Shown one piece after another: positions 1-13,046 of a stretch of 64,000 nucleotides of DNA; position 1 is the stretch's first letter; each line of letters starts with the position of its first letter. The position numbers and the translations under genes are program-made. The stretch lies in contig NW_024704747.1 in NCBI RefSeq assembly GCF_018977255.1, positions 30,194,001 to 30,258,000 of the forward strand, read 5' to 3'. Source of the stretch: Callorhinchus milii (Eukaryota). The notes below the pieces were generated by a model, which did no database searches, was not told where the DNA came from, and worked only from the letters and a program-made list of their open reading frames with translations.

Positions 1-615
1 AATAGCACGCCACATTTCATCAGGACCTGCACTTGAAAACTTTATGTGCATATTTCACCATCTAATCTGTTGAATTATTTACTGTTCAAAAAAATGTGCT
101 GCTTTCAATCTACTCGAACCTGCAATTCCGTCCGACATTCAACAACAGATTGTACTAATACAGACGATGAAACAAAACACATTCCATCCAGCCTGTCACG
201 CCAATGACAGCTCCTGTTGTGATCACATCCCTTTGTGAGGAGTGCTGAAGTTGGTGCTTGTTGTGTAGCTTGTGTCAGTGATTAGAAAAGCAAACCAAAT
301 GTATACCACAATCCAACCTCTTTTCCTGACAACCTCTCCTATCTCAGTCTGCAGACGCACACACTATGGAAAGACTCCCTTCTGACTTCTGACAGAAATA
401 GCCCCCGAAAGATAATTTCACGAGGCAGCGACACTGAAGGCCTTATCTTTACTGGAACAAACGGGAACGACTTTGTGGCAAAGTGCAATGGTTTTGTTAA
501 CATGTGAGCTGATAATTACTGCTTGAATCATTTGAGTGGCTTTGGAATGCATTCAGCATCCCTCCTTTTGTAAGATAGAAGGCAGTTTCGTGACAGCAAT
601 TAGTTTCTTGTAAGG

Positions 616-830
616 TAGGGTTGTCCAACTGCCGGCCCGCGGGCCACATCCGGCCCTCCCCACCCCACCACCCTCTATTTCATCTGTCGCACCTGCTCTC
701 TCCATAACCTGTAAATGTTATGTTTTTGGAAAGGGAAACAAAAAAATATTACTTAGCAGCAAGCAGACATTTCTCTAATAGGATATCCAGGCCTCAGCAG
801 CCAAAAGTTTAGACCAGCCCCACCCCCCTT
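616..830. mobile_element. hAT (Charlie/MER58-like) non-autonomous DNA transposon
   Basis: Starts TAGGGTTGTCCAACTGCCGGCCCGCGGGCCACATCCGGCCC, resembling hAT-Charlie termini (CAGGGGT...GGCCCGCGGGCC). Degenerate right end AAAAGTTTAGACCAGCCCC. TTGTAAGG is duplicated at 608-615 and 831-838 (8-bp TSD). Confidence 0.7.
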
Positions 831-970
831 TTGTAAGGTTGTACTTCATTAATACTAAAATTATTTCAATTTTGATCATGAACTTTAATTCTTCTGAATC
901 GATTCTCCAGGAAAATGAGACACTCCCCTTGTGTGGCTCACCTTCAATTTTGATTGAGTTGATGTCATCA

Positions 971-1178
971 TCTTGCCAACCTGCGCCTAATACTCTCCCG
1001 AATTAGGTAAGCAGGTGGCATCGCGCCCGAGAGAGAGAGGGAGAGTGGATTCCATTCCAATAATCTATCATGTGTGCAGGTGGGATGTACGGAATTCTCA
1101 GCTTGGTTTGGAGACTCTGAAGTAACGGTGATGGGTTGGTATCTGCTTGTGTCAAGACAACCGGCGGGCAAAAAAAAA
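971..1178. mobile_element. Fragment of unclassified TIR family C (internal GA tract)
   Basis: Clear similarity to 8481-8690, 44520-44660, 55550-55700 and 59267-59480 (CTTGC(C)AACCTGCGCCTAAT...GAGAGA...ATTCCATTCCAA...GGAATTCTCAGCTT...GGAGACTCT...AACGGTGATGGGTT). Confidence 0.7.
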
Positions 1179-1744
1179 GTCTGCAATACATTGTGTGGGG
1201 AAACAAAGACATTGGGGTCTAAAGCCCACGAGGCAGTCAGCATGTTCAATCCATGCAGGTGCCCTTCACTGTGTAATTAACCAATGGAAAGAATTACAAA
1301 GCTTATCTTATCATTGGTGGCTAATTGCATAATTAAGAGAACCTTTTATGAGTTTAAAAAAGGCTAGCTCACAGGTTAATAACCAGTATTTTAAGACACA
1401 CTATCTGCGCCAATATTTAATCTATCTGATTAAGCACACAATTTAAATGTGTATTTAATCGGGAATTTCTGGGTTCCATATTTCAATAGGAACAGCAGTG
1501 GATTTACAAGGTTATGATTTCATTTAGTAGCTCTTAGCCACTTCATTAATAAATGTGAACATCGAAAATTGGGGCAACCATTGTACAATATTTATACAAT
1601 AATTCTGTATATTTATATTATGCCTTTCACATCAGGAAGGTGGCTGGGAGAGGTTGACACGGTTGGCTGGACGCCCGAGCTGGGGTAAGAGCTGAAGGGA
1701 GTGGGGCGTAGGGGAAAGATAAAGATAATAATAGAATAATAACA

Positions 1745-1920
1745 ATTTGTTCGCTCGATCCACAACTGTTTGTGGGACGCTGCTGTGCGCAATTGGCTGC
1801 CGCGTTTCATCCACAAAATGTACAGTTAATTCACTTTACAGTATATTCTGTGAAGCGCTTTGAGACGTCTCGAAGATGTGAAAAAGCGCTATATCAAAGT
1901 GCAAGGATTATTGTTATTAT
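1745..1920 (+). mobile_element. 5'-truncated SINE, shared 3' half
   Basis: GCTGTGCGCAATTGGCTGCCGCGTTTC...GTGAAGCGCTTTGAGACGTCTCGAAGA...GCAAGGATTATT tail. Confidence 0.85.
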
Positions 1921-3199
1921 ATCAAAACTAAGGATTATTTAGTAAAGATGGCATTACATGGGACCAAGTGTTCCTCAGGTACACATCTTTCGCAAGACTT
2001 AGGTTCAAAAAAAGCAGGCGGAAAAACTCGCCAACCACAAGGACAAATGAAATGTCAGTCGCTGAGAGGCACGGCTTGGAAACCATCCATCCCTGTTGAT
2101 GCAGATGAATGAGATTATACAACTTTAATGACATGGTGATCAGAAGCTAACCATACACAGGCTCCACACAAGGAGACTTTTTTCCTTGAGTTTATGTTGT
2201 TTGGTAATAACCAGCAAAGCAGATTAAGGTGCATTATTACAATCCTCTCATTAAATTCATACACATTATAGGATAATACAGCACTAATATTTTTATAGGC
2301 CACATGCCTCTGTTTACCTAAGCTAAAAGTCTTGAGGTGGGACTTGAACCCATAACCTTCTGACTCGAAGGAGAGAGTACCAAAGGCTGGCTAGACTGAC
2401 TATGTGTAGTATATCCTGAGGATATTCTTATTCCTGTTACATTTCCTTAAAAGCATCCTTCTTCTCATTAGAAAGGGCTAAGTATAAGTTAACATTAATA
2501 GATAGATTCTGAACAGATTGGCATCTGTTTTAAGTGCGAGGTGAAGGGAACCATTAGATGTGAGTATCTGAAGCGTACTCATACATAGGATGTTCGATGC
2601 ATATTCATCTTTATAGCCTGCAACAGGATATTAATACAACTTAATTTTTTTGTAGCTCAGTAATGGAATAGAGCATTATCATCTGCATGATATTACTGGG
2701 CCTCACTGACCTGATCTTCTAGGAGTCAAACACCTTTATGTAATTTAGCTTTCAATTTGCCTGTGAATGAGGAATTGTCACCTATAAATAAATGATGGGC
2801 GCTCCTTCACCTCTGAACAATCAGATTTAAAATCTCGCCTTTGGCAGAGAGGATCATCTGCATATTTATTGAATGGAGTCTTTTGGATTAATATAGATGA
2901 ACTCATCTACAGGTTGAAGAATTTGTCCGGAAAATAAGATCAGTCTGTTAGATTCACTGTGTTGGAACACCAGAATCCAAGCAGAGATTAAACTCAATTC
3001 TCTGTTGAAGTTTCTGCCATCACAGGAGGTAAAATATGCACTTATGAAATGCATCCAAAATGGGCATCTGTAGCTTTAGCAAATGCAACAGCGCACAGAA
3101 GTTAGTATGAAATGATTAGCATATTCAGTTCAGGTTTGGAAGCCACCACAACACATAAAGTAACATGGGTTAAGAATGTCTTGCTACTCTGGTAAGATT

Positions 3200-3330
3200 T
3201 AACAACTTTGCACAAAGGATGGTGAGTGTGTGGAACAAATTACATATACCAAGAAACATTGGAAGTGGAGAGTGTTGACAATTTCAATAATCAATTGGGT
3301 AGATCGTGGGATTGGGCAGGTGATGAGAAA
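3200..3330 (+). mobile_element. Degraded CR1 LINE 3' fragment
   Basis: Decayed F(T/A)QRVVxxWNxL...FKxxLD-type coding remnant (TTTGCACAAAGGATGGTGAGTGTGTGGAACAAATTA). Confidence 0.5.
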
Positions 3331-4185
3331 TAGCAAAGCAATAGTGTTCCATCTATGTTTTTAGTGGAGAATTGGAAAAACACAACAGAAATTAAAGTTC
3401 AGCAGTATGATCTAAAATGTATCTAAAATCTCAGCCAATTTAAAATTGGTGATTAGTTCAAACTATTGATCACTATTGACAGTGAAAAAAGTTGTGTATT
3501 CCTATAGCAAGATGTTAATACATTAATGTGATAATGTAGTATATTCCTAGGAACTGGGTATTGTGAACAATACATTATCAGTCTTAAACAATTCACAGCA
3601 GTAACAATTAGAAAAGAGGCTGTCTATGTATGCTGTATATCCCAATAAATGTTCCTTTATAAGTAGATTATGGGCAATTTGAAAAGCTTACGATATTGCA
3701 TTGACTGTACTCTGGTGGATTGGCAATAAACAGATATGAAATTATGATAATAAAAGTGGATTGCAAAATTACACACTTCAAAAAGTACTTGTGTTATAAT
3801 ACACTTGACACAACAGGGAGAGTGGCACAAATGACAAATAATTTACATTTCACAGGTGAAGTACACTCTATACAAAATACATTTATTTCAGAATGAACAT
3901 TTTTGATCAAAGAAACGGCAAATGAATGGATGAAATGAAGCAATGCAAGTTTTTTTATCAGACCAAATGAAATATATTTACCAGCTGTTATTACTGACTT
4001 TGACAAAGCAAGATAAGTGGAAAGTAATTGTTATCCATATTTCAGCACTTTAAAATAGATTTAGTAAGCTATCCAAACGTCCTGCTGTTAACCTTGTAAG
4101 ATTTCCCTTGTGTGTACAATAGTCAGTGCCTGAATGTGTTTTCTCAATCATATTCAAATTCTGTACTTTGACCAATGCTATTATC

Positions 4186-4333
4186 GTGGAGTCCTGTAGC
4201 TCAGTGGTTAGAGCACTCTCCTCGCAAGCGAGAGAATCTGGGTCTGATTCCCAGCAGACAAAACATTGTCCATGAATCGAACCCAGGACCTCTCGCATAC
4301 GAGGAGAGTGCTCTAACCACTAAACTACAGGAT
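4186..4333. mobile_element. Two SINE tRNA heads fused in inverted orientation
   Basis: GTCCTGTAGCTCAGTGGTTAGAGCACTCTCCTCG... followed within about 30 nt by the reverse complement ...CGAGGAGAGTGCTCTAACCACTAAACTACAGGA. Confidence 0.85.
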
Positions 4334-4627
4334 TGCATAGGAGGTTAATATTACAGTAGAGTTATTCATTTATTATATAAGTATCTTTTATATTAGTATT
4401 TTTTCAGAGCATGAAATAAAAAGCAGACAGAACGAGTTGGCCCACAGAAACAGGAGACTTCATAGACCTGCCAACAGCCTAAGGATTAATAATCACAATA
4501 AATTAGGTTAAATGTGAAGGGATTGTCTGTTGCATTATTGTCAACGTCTATTTTCATCTGTGAAATGCACCCATTAGTTCAAGACCAGACATCTTGCTTC
4601 TGTTGTGGAATAAATGTATGATGTATG

Positions 4628-4900
4628 TGGAGTCCTGGAGCTTCGTGGTTAGAGCACTCGTCTGGTTAGCGAGAGAGAAGACCTGGGTTCGATTCATGGA
4701 CAGAGTGAAACAGTGAGCAAGTTTCCTTAATCCACACACCTCTGTTTACCAGCAGTAAGTAGGAACTCAGTTGATAGTCGATTGGCAAATTGCTTTCCGG
4801 GGATAATAATCCCTTCAAAAAACATAATAATAATAATAATTTAGTCACTCAATCCACGACTGTTTGTGGGACACTACTGTGCACAATTATTATTATTATT
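4628..4900 (+). mobile_element. tRNA-headed SINE (family A) lacking most of the tail
   Basis: A/B-box head and central body present; sequence jumps from CTGTGCACAATT directly into an (ATT)n run. Confidence 0.85.
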
Positions 4901-6114
4901 TTATTGATAATTATTTTTCAAAGAGGCAATACCTAACAATGCCTGCAAGTTTTGTACAATGGGTATTCGAAAGGAAAGAAAACTAGATCTGGGGAGTAAG
5001 AGAGAGGCTTAGATTAATCAAATAGCGGATTTTACATTAGAAAAGGGAGAACGAAGTCAATTTGAATGGAAGACAATGGCATAAAGGGACAAAATAACTA
5101 TAACGACTTCAAGAGCAAAAGGAAAGCAATTGATATGGAATCATCCGAGCAAATAATGAAAACACTGAACAAGGAAGAGGACAAATCACAGGTGAATTTA
5201 TCAGATTTCTCAGAAGATGAAATGGTTTGAGGGAAATTTGGGAGAGATAGATTTATGGTTTTCACAGAAACCTCCTGAATAAAAGTATACAAGACAACAT
5301 GACATGTCTCATTTGGTATTTACTAGTGAATCTGGGAGGATAAATAAGTTGGAGATTTCAGAATACTTGAAGACCAGCGATCATAATGTAATTTTGTTTG
5401 GCTCTGTGGTGAGATAAAATCTATGCAATGTAATTTTCTAAAGCAGTGGGTTAGCGTTAAAGTTGGTTAATGATGTGTTGTGCCAATCTTCAGAGTTTTA
5501 ATAATAATAACAATAACCTTTTATGTCAGGAGGATATCTCAAAGAGCTTCACAGAACTTACTGTAAAGTGTAGTGACTGTGTATTGTTATAGGCAAGTCT
5601 GGCAGCCAATTTGTGCACAGCAACGACTATAAACAGTTATGAGTACCATTTCTCCACCAGAATTTCTATCTTTGTGTTCTAGTGCATGTGCAACCTGGCT
5701 TCCTGAAGATTCCTAAATTGTTTGATCTTTAATCCTCGCCTCATCTCTTGTGTGAGTGGGATTGGTGTGATGTGTAATCTGCTATTGTGGGCAGCAAAAT
5801 TTGTTCCTACATGAGTTCAAGGATGAGTCCTTCAGAGAATGATCTGCCCTGTTTGGAAGTTCGATGGCAGTGGGGAATATTTTGCCTCCATCCTTTGTGC
5901 ACAAAATTGGCAGAAAGGCTTGCCTCCCGCTTGTCTGATTTTGATCCTTGCCAACTACTTGTTCAGTGTCCAATATAAAAGGCTATTTTTAGATGATATC
6001 TGTGGTGAGGAGGATTGAACATATTTAGAGCTGGAGACAGGACTCTACTTTTGGGGGCGGGAGGGGGAGGGGCTGTTAAACATGAAAGAAAACAAGCAAT
6101 GTAGAATATTTATA

Positions 6115-6475
6115 AGCCTTGATGTGATTTATATCACATATACATATCACGTTTTCGAGACGTCTCAAAGCGCTTCACAGAATATACTGTAGGTGCAGTG
6201 ACTGTGAATTTTGTGGGCCAAACATGGCAGCCAATTGCCCACAGCAATGACTCACAAACAGTTGTGCGTTGAAGTGACCAAGTTTTTTTAAGCAATTATT
6301 ACCCCCGGAAAAGTGACCCGCCAATCAACTAACAACCAGGTTCCTACTTATTATTGGTAAACAGAGGGGTGTGGAGTAAGGAAACTTGCCCAATGTTTCA
6401 CCCTGACCGGGAATCAAACCTGGGACCTCTCGCTTGGGAGGAGAGTGCTCTAACCACTGAGCTACAGGACTCCAC
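6115..6475 (-). mobile_element. Near full-length tRNA-headed SINE (family A)
   Basis: Reverse complement of head (ends ...GAGCTACAGGACTCCAC), body and tail. Confidence 0.9.
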
Positions 6476-8216
6476 ATTATTTCATATTAAAAGTTTGAAT
6501 TTTCCATTCGTTGTTTTTTGGGGATAAGTGTTTACAGCATTAGTTCTTTCCAGTAAAGTCTCTTTAGAACATGAAATATATTTACGTTTTGTTGGTGTGT
6601 ATTTTCAAATCAAACGTGATTCTTGTTGAGTGTTTGGAACCAGAAGGCAGGCAGGGAGACTGAGTTCCAGACTGCTCCTTAAATAAAACAAAATGGACTT
6701 GACAGCTATTCTTTACACAACTATAATCTATTAGACTTCAAGGGTTTATTCTGGTGGATTAATAAATTATTACTGCTCTGAAAGCTTGGCCTCCTGCCTT
6801 CCAAATGGTCATGTGGGAACACCGCTGTAAGCGAAAACCCTATTCAATTACCCTGTTACATTCTTGTGTTTATCGCTGTATCTCTTTAACACGGTCAATG
6901 CACACCGTGTAACTAATTTATCATTTCATCTCATTAATGAAGCCTTCCTCCCTACAGAGTGGGTTATGTTCCATTTCCTTTAGACCCACCTTTGTTGAGA
7001 AAACAAGCAGGAGTTTGCAGTATCTTTCCTGCTATGAAACAAGGAGCTAAGGTTCTGTGCTATACAGTGTGCTTGCTCGTACACGAGTACATTTGTCATT
7101 AATGTCTGAATACTCCATGACAGATTGCCACATTTTGTGCACCTGTAAACGAATAATCTTGGAATGAGGAAGGCTCCGTTTATGATTCCATTTAGAAGTA
7201 CTCCTCACATATGGTATTATTAATGCCTTGTTTTCCATAGGGATTATGTTGGAACTGCATTTAAATACCAACACACTGTGTATATAATCCATGGCAAATA
7301 GCTTTCTTGCCAGAAAACATTTATATTGTACCCTTCACATCGGGAGGATGTATAGAGAACGAACAGAAGGCTTCGGAAAGGACCAGAGATGCAAAGAATG
7401 GGTAGATAATGACACTGTTTTAGAACCTGCTCTGGCAAGAGTATCCAACACAAACAAAAAATGCTTATAAAATAAACGGCAGGCCTTCTGTCACCAGGAA
7501 CTTTGATTCGACAAGCGAATGCACTTATCTTCCACAGCACCAGGACTTTACAAACCCCAGTTGATGCTATTGAAGGCAATGTTTAGGTATGTGCTTAACA
7601 GTAGCGGACCTGACACCGAGCCAGGTGGAGGGAGGGAGGGAGGGAGGAAAGAGGTGACCGTAAGAACGTTCGAAGAGTATCCAAAGAGTGTACACTTTGT
7701 TAAACTAAGCAATAGATTACTTAACAAAACCATGAATGAAAAGATGTGCACTGTCTGTCTGTCTGTCAAAGTTTTTACCAAAGGAATACCAAGACAGCAT
7801 TCACTCATAACAGGAGCAGAAGTCGTTACATATGTCAGTGAGCTGTGTCACAGTGTTTACGCCTTCTGTCCAAGCCCTGCACCATTTTGTAAATGGCAGC
7901 AACGTGTTTAATAGATTGAAGTAGTCAGTGGGTTACCCTGGAGCAGACTGTGTCACTACAGGTAAGTAGTACAGGCACTGCCAATTTTTTAATTAACTGG
8001 GAAACCCAACAAGTTTTCCTTTTTTCGTGTTAGTATCAAGTCCTCTCAGTGATAAACCTTCATTACTCTTTCCCCCCAACAACAGGTTTTAATTTGTAGC
8101 ATTTGCTGAAGAGGGTTTCTTATGAAAGAGTGCCCCCACTGAGGAGATCCCCTTTTTAACGGGATTCCTTAATGCAAAATTGGAGTTGTGTAAATAGGAA
8201 CTTTGTTGGTTTAAGA

Positions 8217-8412
8217 GAACAACAACAACAAAATGACATGTATAGAGCGCCTTTCACGTCGGGAGGACGTCCCAAAGTGCTGAACAGTCAGGTCTCGGGG
8301 CCTGAGCATGGGGGAGGGGTGAGGACGAGGATTTTGAACTCAATCCTCTGGTGGATGGGGAGCCAGTGGAGTCGGGCGAGGGTGGGAGTGATGGGGCCAC
8401 GGAGCCTGGTGA
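8217..8412 (-). mobile_element. L2-clade LINE 3' end, internally deleted
   Basis: Minus strand translates ITPTLARLHWLPIHQRIEFKILVLT (L2 ORF2 C-terminal HWLP motif), joined to tail GGGACGTCCTCCCGACGTGAAAGGCGCT...(TTG)n. Confidence 0.85.
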
Positions 8413-8480
8413 ACTTCATCAGACCAACTTGTAAACAGTTCCCTGCAATTCAATCCATTTCCAGAATAGAATTCCGTTGG

Positions 8481-8534
8481 TTCTTGCAACCTGCGCCTAA
8501 TACTTTCGGAATTACGTAAGCAGGGTACATCCCC

Positions 8535-8573
<39 letters not shown>

Positions 8574-8690
8574 CATTCCAACAATCTCTCTCTGGGATTT
8601 CCAGGTGTAGAGGGAGGCCTGGAATTCTCATCTTAGTTTGGAGACTCTTAAGCAACGGTGATGGGTTTCCGTACGTGTCAGATGAAAAAA
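8481..8690. mobile_element. Fragment of unclassified TIR family C with (GA)n tract
   Basis: Homologous to 971-1178 and to the reverse complement of 59267-59480; (GA)n at about 8537-8566. Confidence 0.75.
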
Positions 8691-11339
8691 TAAGAAATCA
8701 TCCCCAATTCAAAGCAATATAGAATGGATGGAGTGGGACGTTTAAATCAGATTTTCCATTCTACACAGCTATACTGCCTTGAGTCAAGTGGTTTTGTTCC
8801 TCACAAACACAGCATTAATGAGACTCAGACACGTGGAATAACAGACAAGTGAGCATCAGTGACACAAAGACTTTGCAGCACATTCCCCAATCCCCAAGTG
8901 AGCATAAAGACGTTTGCCACTAACTCTTTCTAGTCTGTGGAAGACAATTCTCTTCACCATCTGTGTCCCACTACATGCACAATAACACATGTATTAACAT
9001 CGACCTGTAACCTGGATAACTAGATCTCCTTGCCTTCCTATCTCTCAATCGATTAACATGAGCTGACAATGTCTTGTTTCTTCTCAATCACACCTAACTG
9101 ATCTGAGTCTCCTCATCCTGTTCACAGCTTTCTGCATCTATCAGTCTCTGAATAGCTTGTCCTGCTCTTTAAAATGTTTGTAATGGAATTTATCTGGAGC
9201 TCTATTTTAAATGCTGGTAAAATATACAGTATTAAACATTTTTGTTTTGCCCACAGAATATTACAGTCACTAAACTTTACAGTATATCCTGTGAAGCGCT
9301 TTGAGACGTCTCGAAGACGTGAAGGGGCGCTGTATCAAATGCAAATATTATTATTATTACCCTGTTCCCTGACTTCCTGTTATTATTTACTAGGTACAAC
9401 CTTAACTGCCTTGTAGTGTAAGCTTTGTCTTGTTCTAAGGCCCACCCGCGTGTAGGGGCTGTCCCATCTCATTCTCTTGTTTTGTTTGCAATGGATTGTC
9501 TTCATCAAACGCAGTCACAATCATACAAGCCATTAGAAATGCCCAGAATATTTGCCTAGAAATGCAGAGTCACTGCACTTTACAGTGGGTCCTGTGAAGC
9601 GCTTTGAGACATCCTCTGACATGAAAGGCACTACAGTCTACCCAATGTAAAGATTATTGTTATTATTCTACTTCCTGTCAACCAGTATGTCTGTTCATCT
9701 GCTCCAAACATATCCCAAATCTGCTAGAAAACAGCTCAAAGTGTTCTATCTGTGGGCCTAGTATAGGAACTAGTATAATAGCATGCCTCAGCAATGTCCT
9801 GTAAAGATGGAATCCTCCTTGTAATAATCATCACAGTCTGTGCCATGCTTAGCTTTCACAAGTGGTGACATTCAAAAGGCTTCAGTGAGAAAGCTTACAA
9901 GAACATTTTTATATTAGCAGATCTTATTCACAATGAAATAATAGAAGTTGTAATTGAAGCCATTCATACCTGAAGGCTTTCCTTGGTTACTGATGATCCA
10001 ATGTCACAACATTCATCCAAATGGACAATTTCCCCTTTTTGTACAGAACAAAGTCGTTCACCTTAACGCCAGTGAACTGAATTCTACTTATGTCACTCTT
10101 GAATGTGCCAAGATTTCTATTCAAAACTTTCAAGTGGCCATTGATTTATTTTTAGCGAACCACAGGATTATACTTTAGTTTCTGGTTTCCTTTTGTCTTT
10201 GTATCAATAAAGAGCAGAACTCTTTTCATCTTGTTAACAGGGCCGGGCAGAGGTGAGATTCCAGGTGGAAAAATTTCACCTTCGCCCTTATTTTCTTAGC
10301 ATTTCACAACAAGCAGCGATGAGCAAACTCTTAAAATTCAGCCTTAATTTTGAAACCTTTAGAATAATAATAATAATCCTTGCATTTGATATAGCGCCTT
10401 ATCATATTGCCTCAAAGCACGCCACGACTGTGATGTGGTGTGAATGTGTGTTTTGTGGCTGAACACAACAGCCAATTTTGTGGAGAGCAATGTCCCACAA
10501 CCATTGAATGAGTGACCATTTGTTATAGCCCTAAGAAATCTGTTTCTGTGGTCAATGTATGATGCTCCACATATAAAATAAGCAGTAGATTGTGTTGGTT
10601 TATATTGCAGGGGAATTGAAAAACTGCAATTTAGCAGGTAAATCAATTCACACAATAGATAACAATTAAACAGCCCATATGGCAGATAAAACTGCTGTTC
10701 CCTCAGGTTTCCTTGCGGTGCCATTGCAGACTGGGGCCAAGTGCGAGGAATGCCTCTGTTGATTGTATGCAGATTAATGAAAGATTATAGAAAACGTGCA
10801 AAGGCAGTGTTACAGAATGTGCAATGGGCTGAAACATTGACTCACACAAGTGTGATGTGTGGTGCAGTTCAACCTTGTATTAAACAGCAATTAGAATCTT
10901 CCCATGTGAATAAACATGAAGCAGTAACACAGATGGAATCGATTAGAGACATTCATACATTATATATGTATATATATCAGCAGCCAGTTTGCACAAATAA
11001 TAATAATAATCTTTGTGTTTGATATAGCGCCTTATCACGTCTTCAAGACATCTCAAAACGCTTCCCACTCAGTGAATGGGGGATCGGGGGAGGGGTTAGA
11101 AGCAATGAGTCTTAAATTAGTTTACATAGCTCAGGCTGGTCATTAACATTAGTGAACTGAGTTATGTTTTATTTAAATATATGTTCCATTGAATTATGAG
11201 TTTTATTCATCTTTTGCTGAATTGGAGATCGGCTTTTGGGATGAAAACCCACATTGCTATAATCCTCCAGACAACATACTCTGGCTCTTCAGATGTAATA
11301 TATTATGGCTCAATAAGTATTATGGATGAATAAATATTC

Positions 11340-11497
11340 AAATTTTCAAGACTGAGGTGGATAAATGTTTGCTGGGTCAGGGATCAAGGGATACGGGGCA
11401 AAGGCGAGTAATTGGAGATGAGGTACAGAACAGCCATGATCTAATAGAACAGGTGAACCAAGCTCAAGGGGCTGAATAGCCAACTCTTGTTCCTATG
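11340..11497 (+). mobile_element. CR1 LINE 3' end
   Basis: TTCAAGACTGAGGTGGATA (FKTEVD) then GGGGCTGAATAGCCAACTCTTGTTCCTATG tail; matches 35910-36100 and 48860-48970. Confidence 0.8.
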
Positions 11498-11892
11498 GTG
11501 CTATGGTGCTGAACTAAACAGACTTTGGTCTGTGTATTTTTAGAGTAAGTTGATCTCACCTGGGAGGACAGCTGAGTTATCTCAGCTGGGGTATCCTGAA
11601 TGTCCTTGGACTTAGAAGAGGAAAATGAGCCAGTATTTCCACTGGTGATTGCTATCTCGTTATCCCTTCCGGACAGTGCACATTTGGGGATTTGGACGCT
11701 TTCCATGTTTGAACAGCCTGCCAACAATCACAGTCCAGATTAACATCGGATAAACAGACACTGGTGAAAGGGCTCACAAAGGGCAGCTGGTGCCCATGGA
11801 ACCAGACTTCAACATCATTTATTATCTTCATGAGAGGAAGCAGAGAAAATGGAAATTGGAAATAAATCTTATATTGGGGACTTTGATCTCAT

Positions 11893-12192
11893 GGTCCAGG
11901 CTGACACTCCAGTGGAGCAATAAGATTAATGGAGCATTAGGATTAATGGAGCGTTAGGATTAATGGAGCATTAATGCATTAATGGAGCATTGTCAGTGAT
12001 GCCATTCTTTGGACGAGATATTAAACCAAGGTCCCATCTGCCTGTTCAGGTGGGCAATAAAGAACCCAGGACACTATTCCCAAAAGACAAGACAGTTTCT
12101 TCCTGTTTGGTCAACAAATACACAGTCACTACATTTTGTGAAAAAAACACTGAAATCCTTTGAGACATTTCAATGTCAAATGCAAAGATTAT
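11893..12192 (+). mobile_element. Old DeuSINE (SacSINE1-like) fragment with internal 17-bp tandem repeat
   Basis: GGCTGACACTCCAGTG...GAGATATTAAACCAAGGTCCCATCTGCCTGTTCAGGTGG Deu-like core; TGGAGCATTAGGATTAA repeated about 4.5 times at 11913-11991. Confidence 0.7.
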
Positions 12193-12827
12193 ATATGTAC
12201 ATATATTATAAAATTGGGAAACACGAATGGGAAGGAATTACACTCAGGTCCAGATTTATTCTATTCATGTGGTTTATTTCAAAGTGCCCAGAATTTGGCA
12301 AGTTGTTAAATTCACTCTTAACTTTGAAGTTGATTTTTTCTGTATTTTATCGTGCGCAGCAGTGTTCCACGAACAGTTGTGGATTGAGTGACCAAATTAT
12401 TATTTTTTTTTCCGTTGAAATATATTTCATTGTAAAAGCAAGCTAAAGGCTTGTGTAAAACCTACCTCTGAGCACATGTTATACTGAGCTAAGGTAAACT
12501 TTACAAGATGAAGAACATGCTGAGACAAGACTTGAGGCTGTAAAATAGGATAAGAATTTGTCACAGGAGCAAACTGTTTTTTCCAATTTACTTGTAAAGC
12601 CACAATGGGATAAAGTAACCAGCATTGAAAAATAGTATTTCAGCTCTTGTCAGCAAGATTTTCTCATCTTCACCCCCAAAGGAGAATTTGTGATTATTTT
12701 TTCATGCTGATATTATCTGCTACACATCACTCATACATAGCAAGTTATCTGAAGAAAGGAAAAATACTTAATTAGATATTTTGGCATTCGTTACTATTCT
12801 CATAGATCTTGATGATATGGTACTTTA

Positions 12828-13046
12828 CAGTTGATTGGCAGATCGCTTTTCCGGGGGTAATAATCCCTTAAAAAAAAAATAATAATAATTTGGTCACTCA
12901 ATCCACGACTGTGGAACACTCCTATTCGCCCCCGAAATGCACAGTCAATTCACTTTACAGTATATTCTGTGAAGCGTTTTGAGACGCCTCGAAGACATGA
13001 TAAGGCGCTGCAGCAAATGCAAGGATTATTATTATTATTATTATTA
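12828..13046 (+). mobile_element. 5'-truncated SINE family A
   Basis: Body plus tail ending GCAAGGATT(ATT)n. Confidence 0.85.

Noticed and set aside
11500-11860. Possible additional old SINE family (also about 33810-33960, 47720-47830, 53630-53765)
   Set aside because: Looks repeat-derived but is too diverged for me to align or classify by eye.
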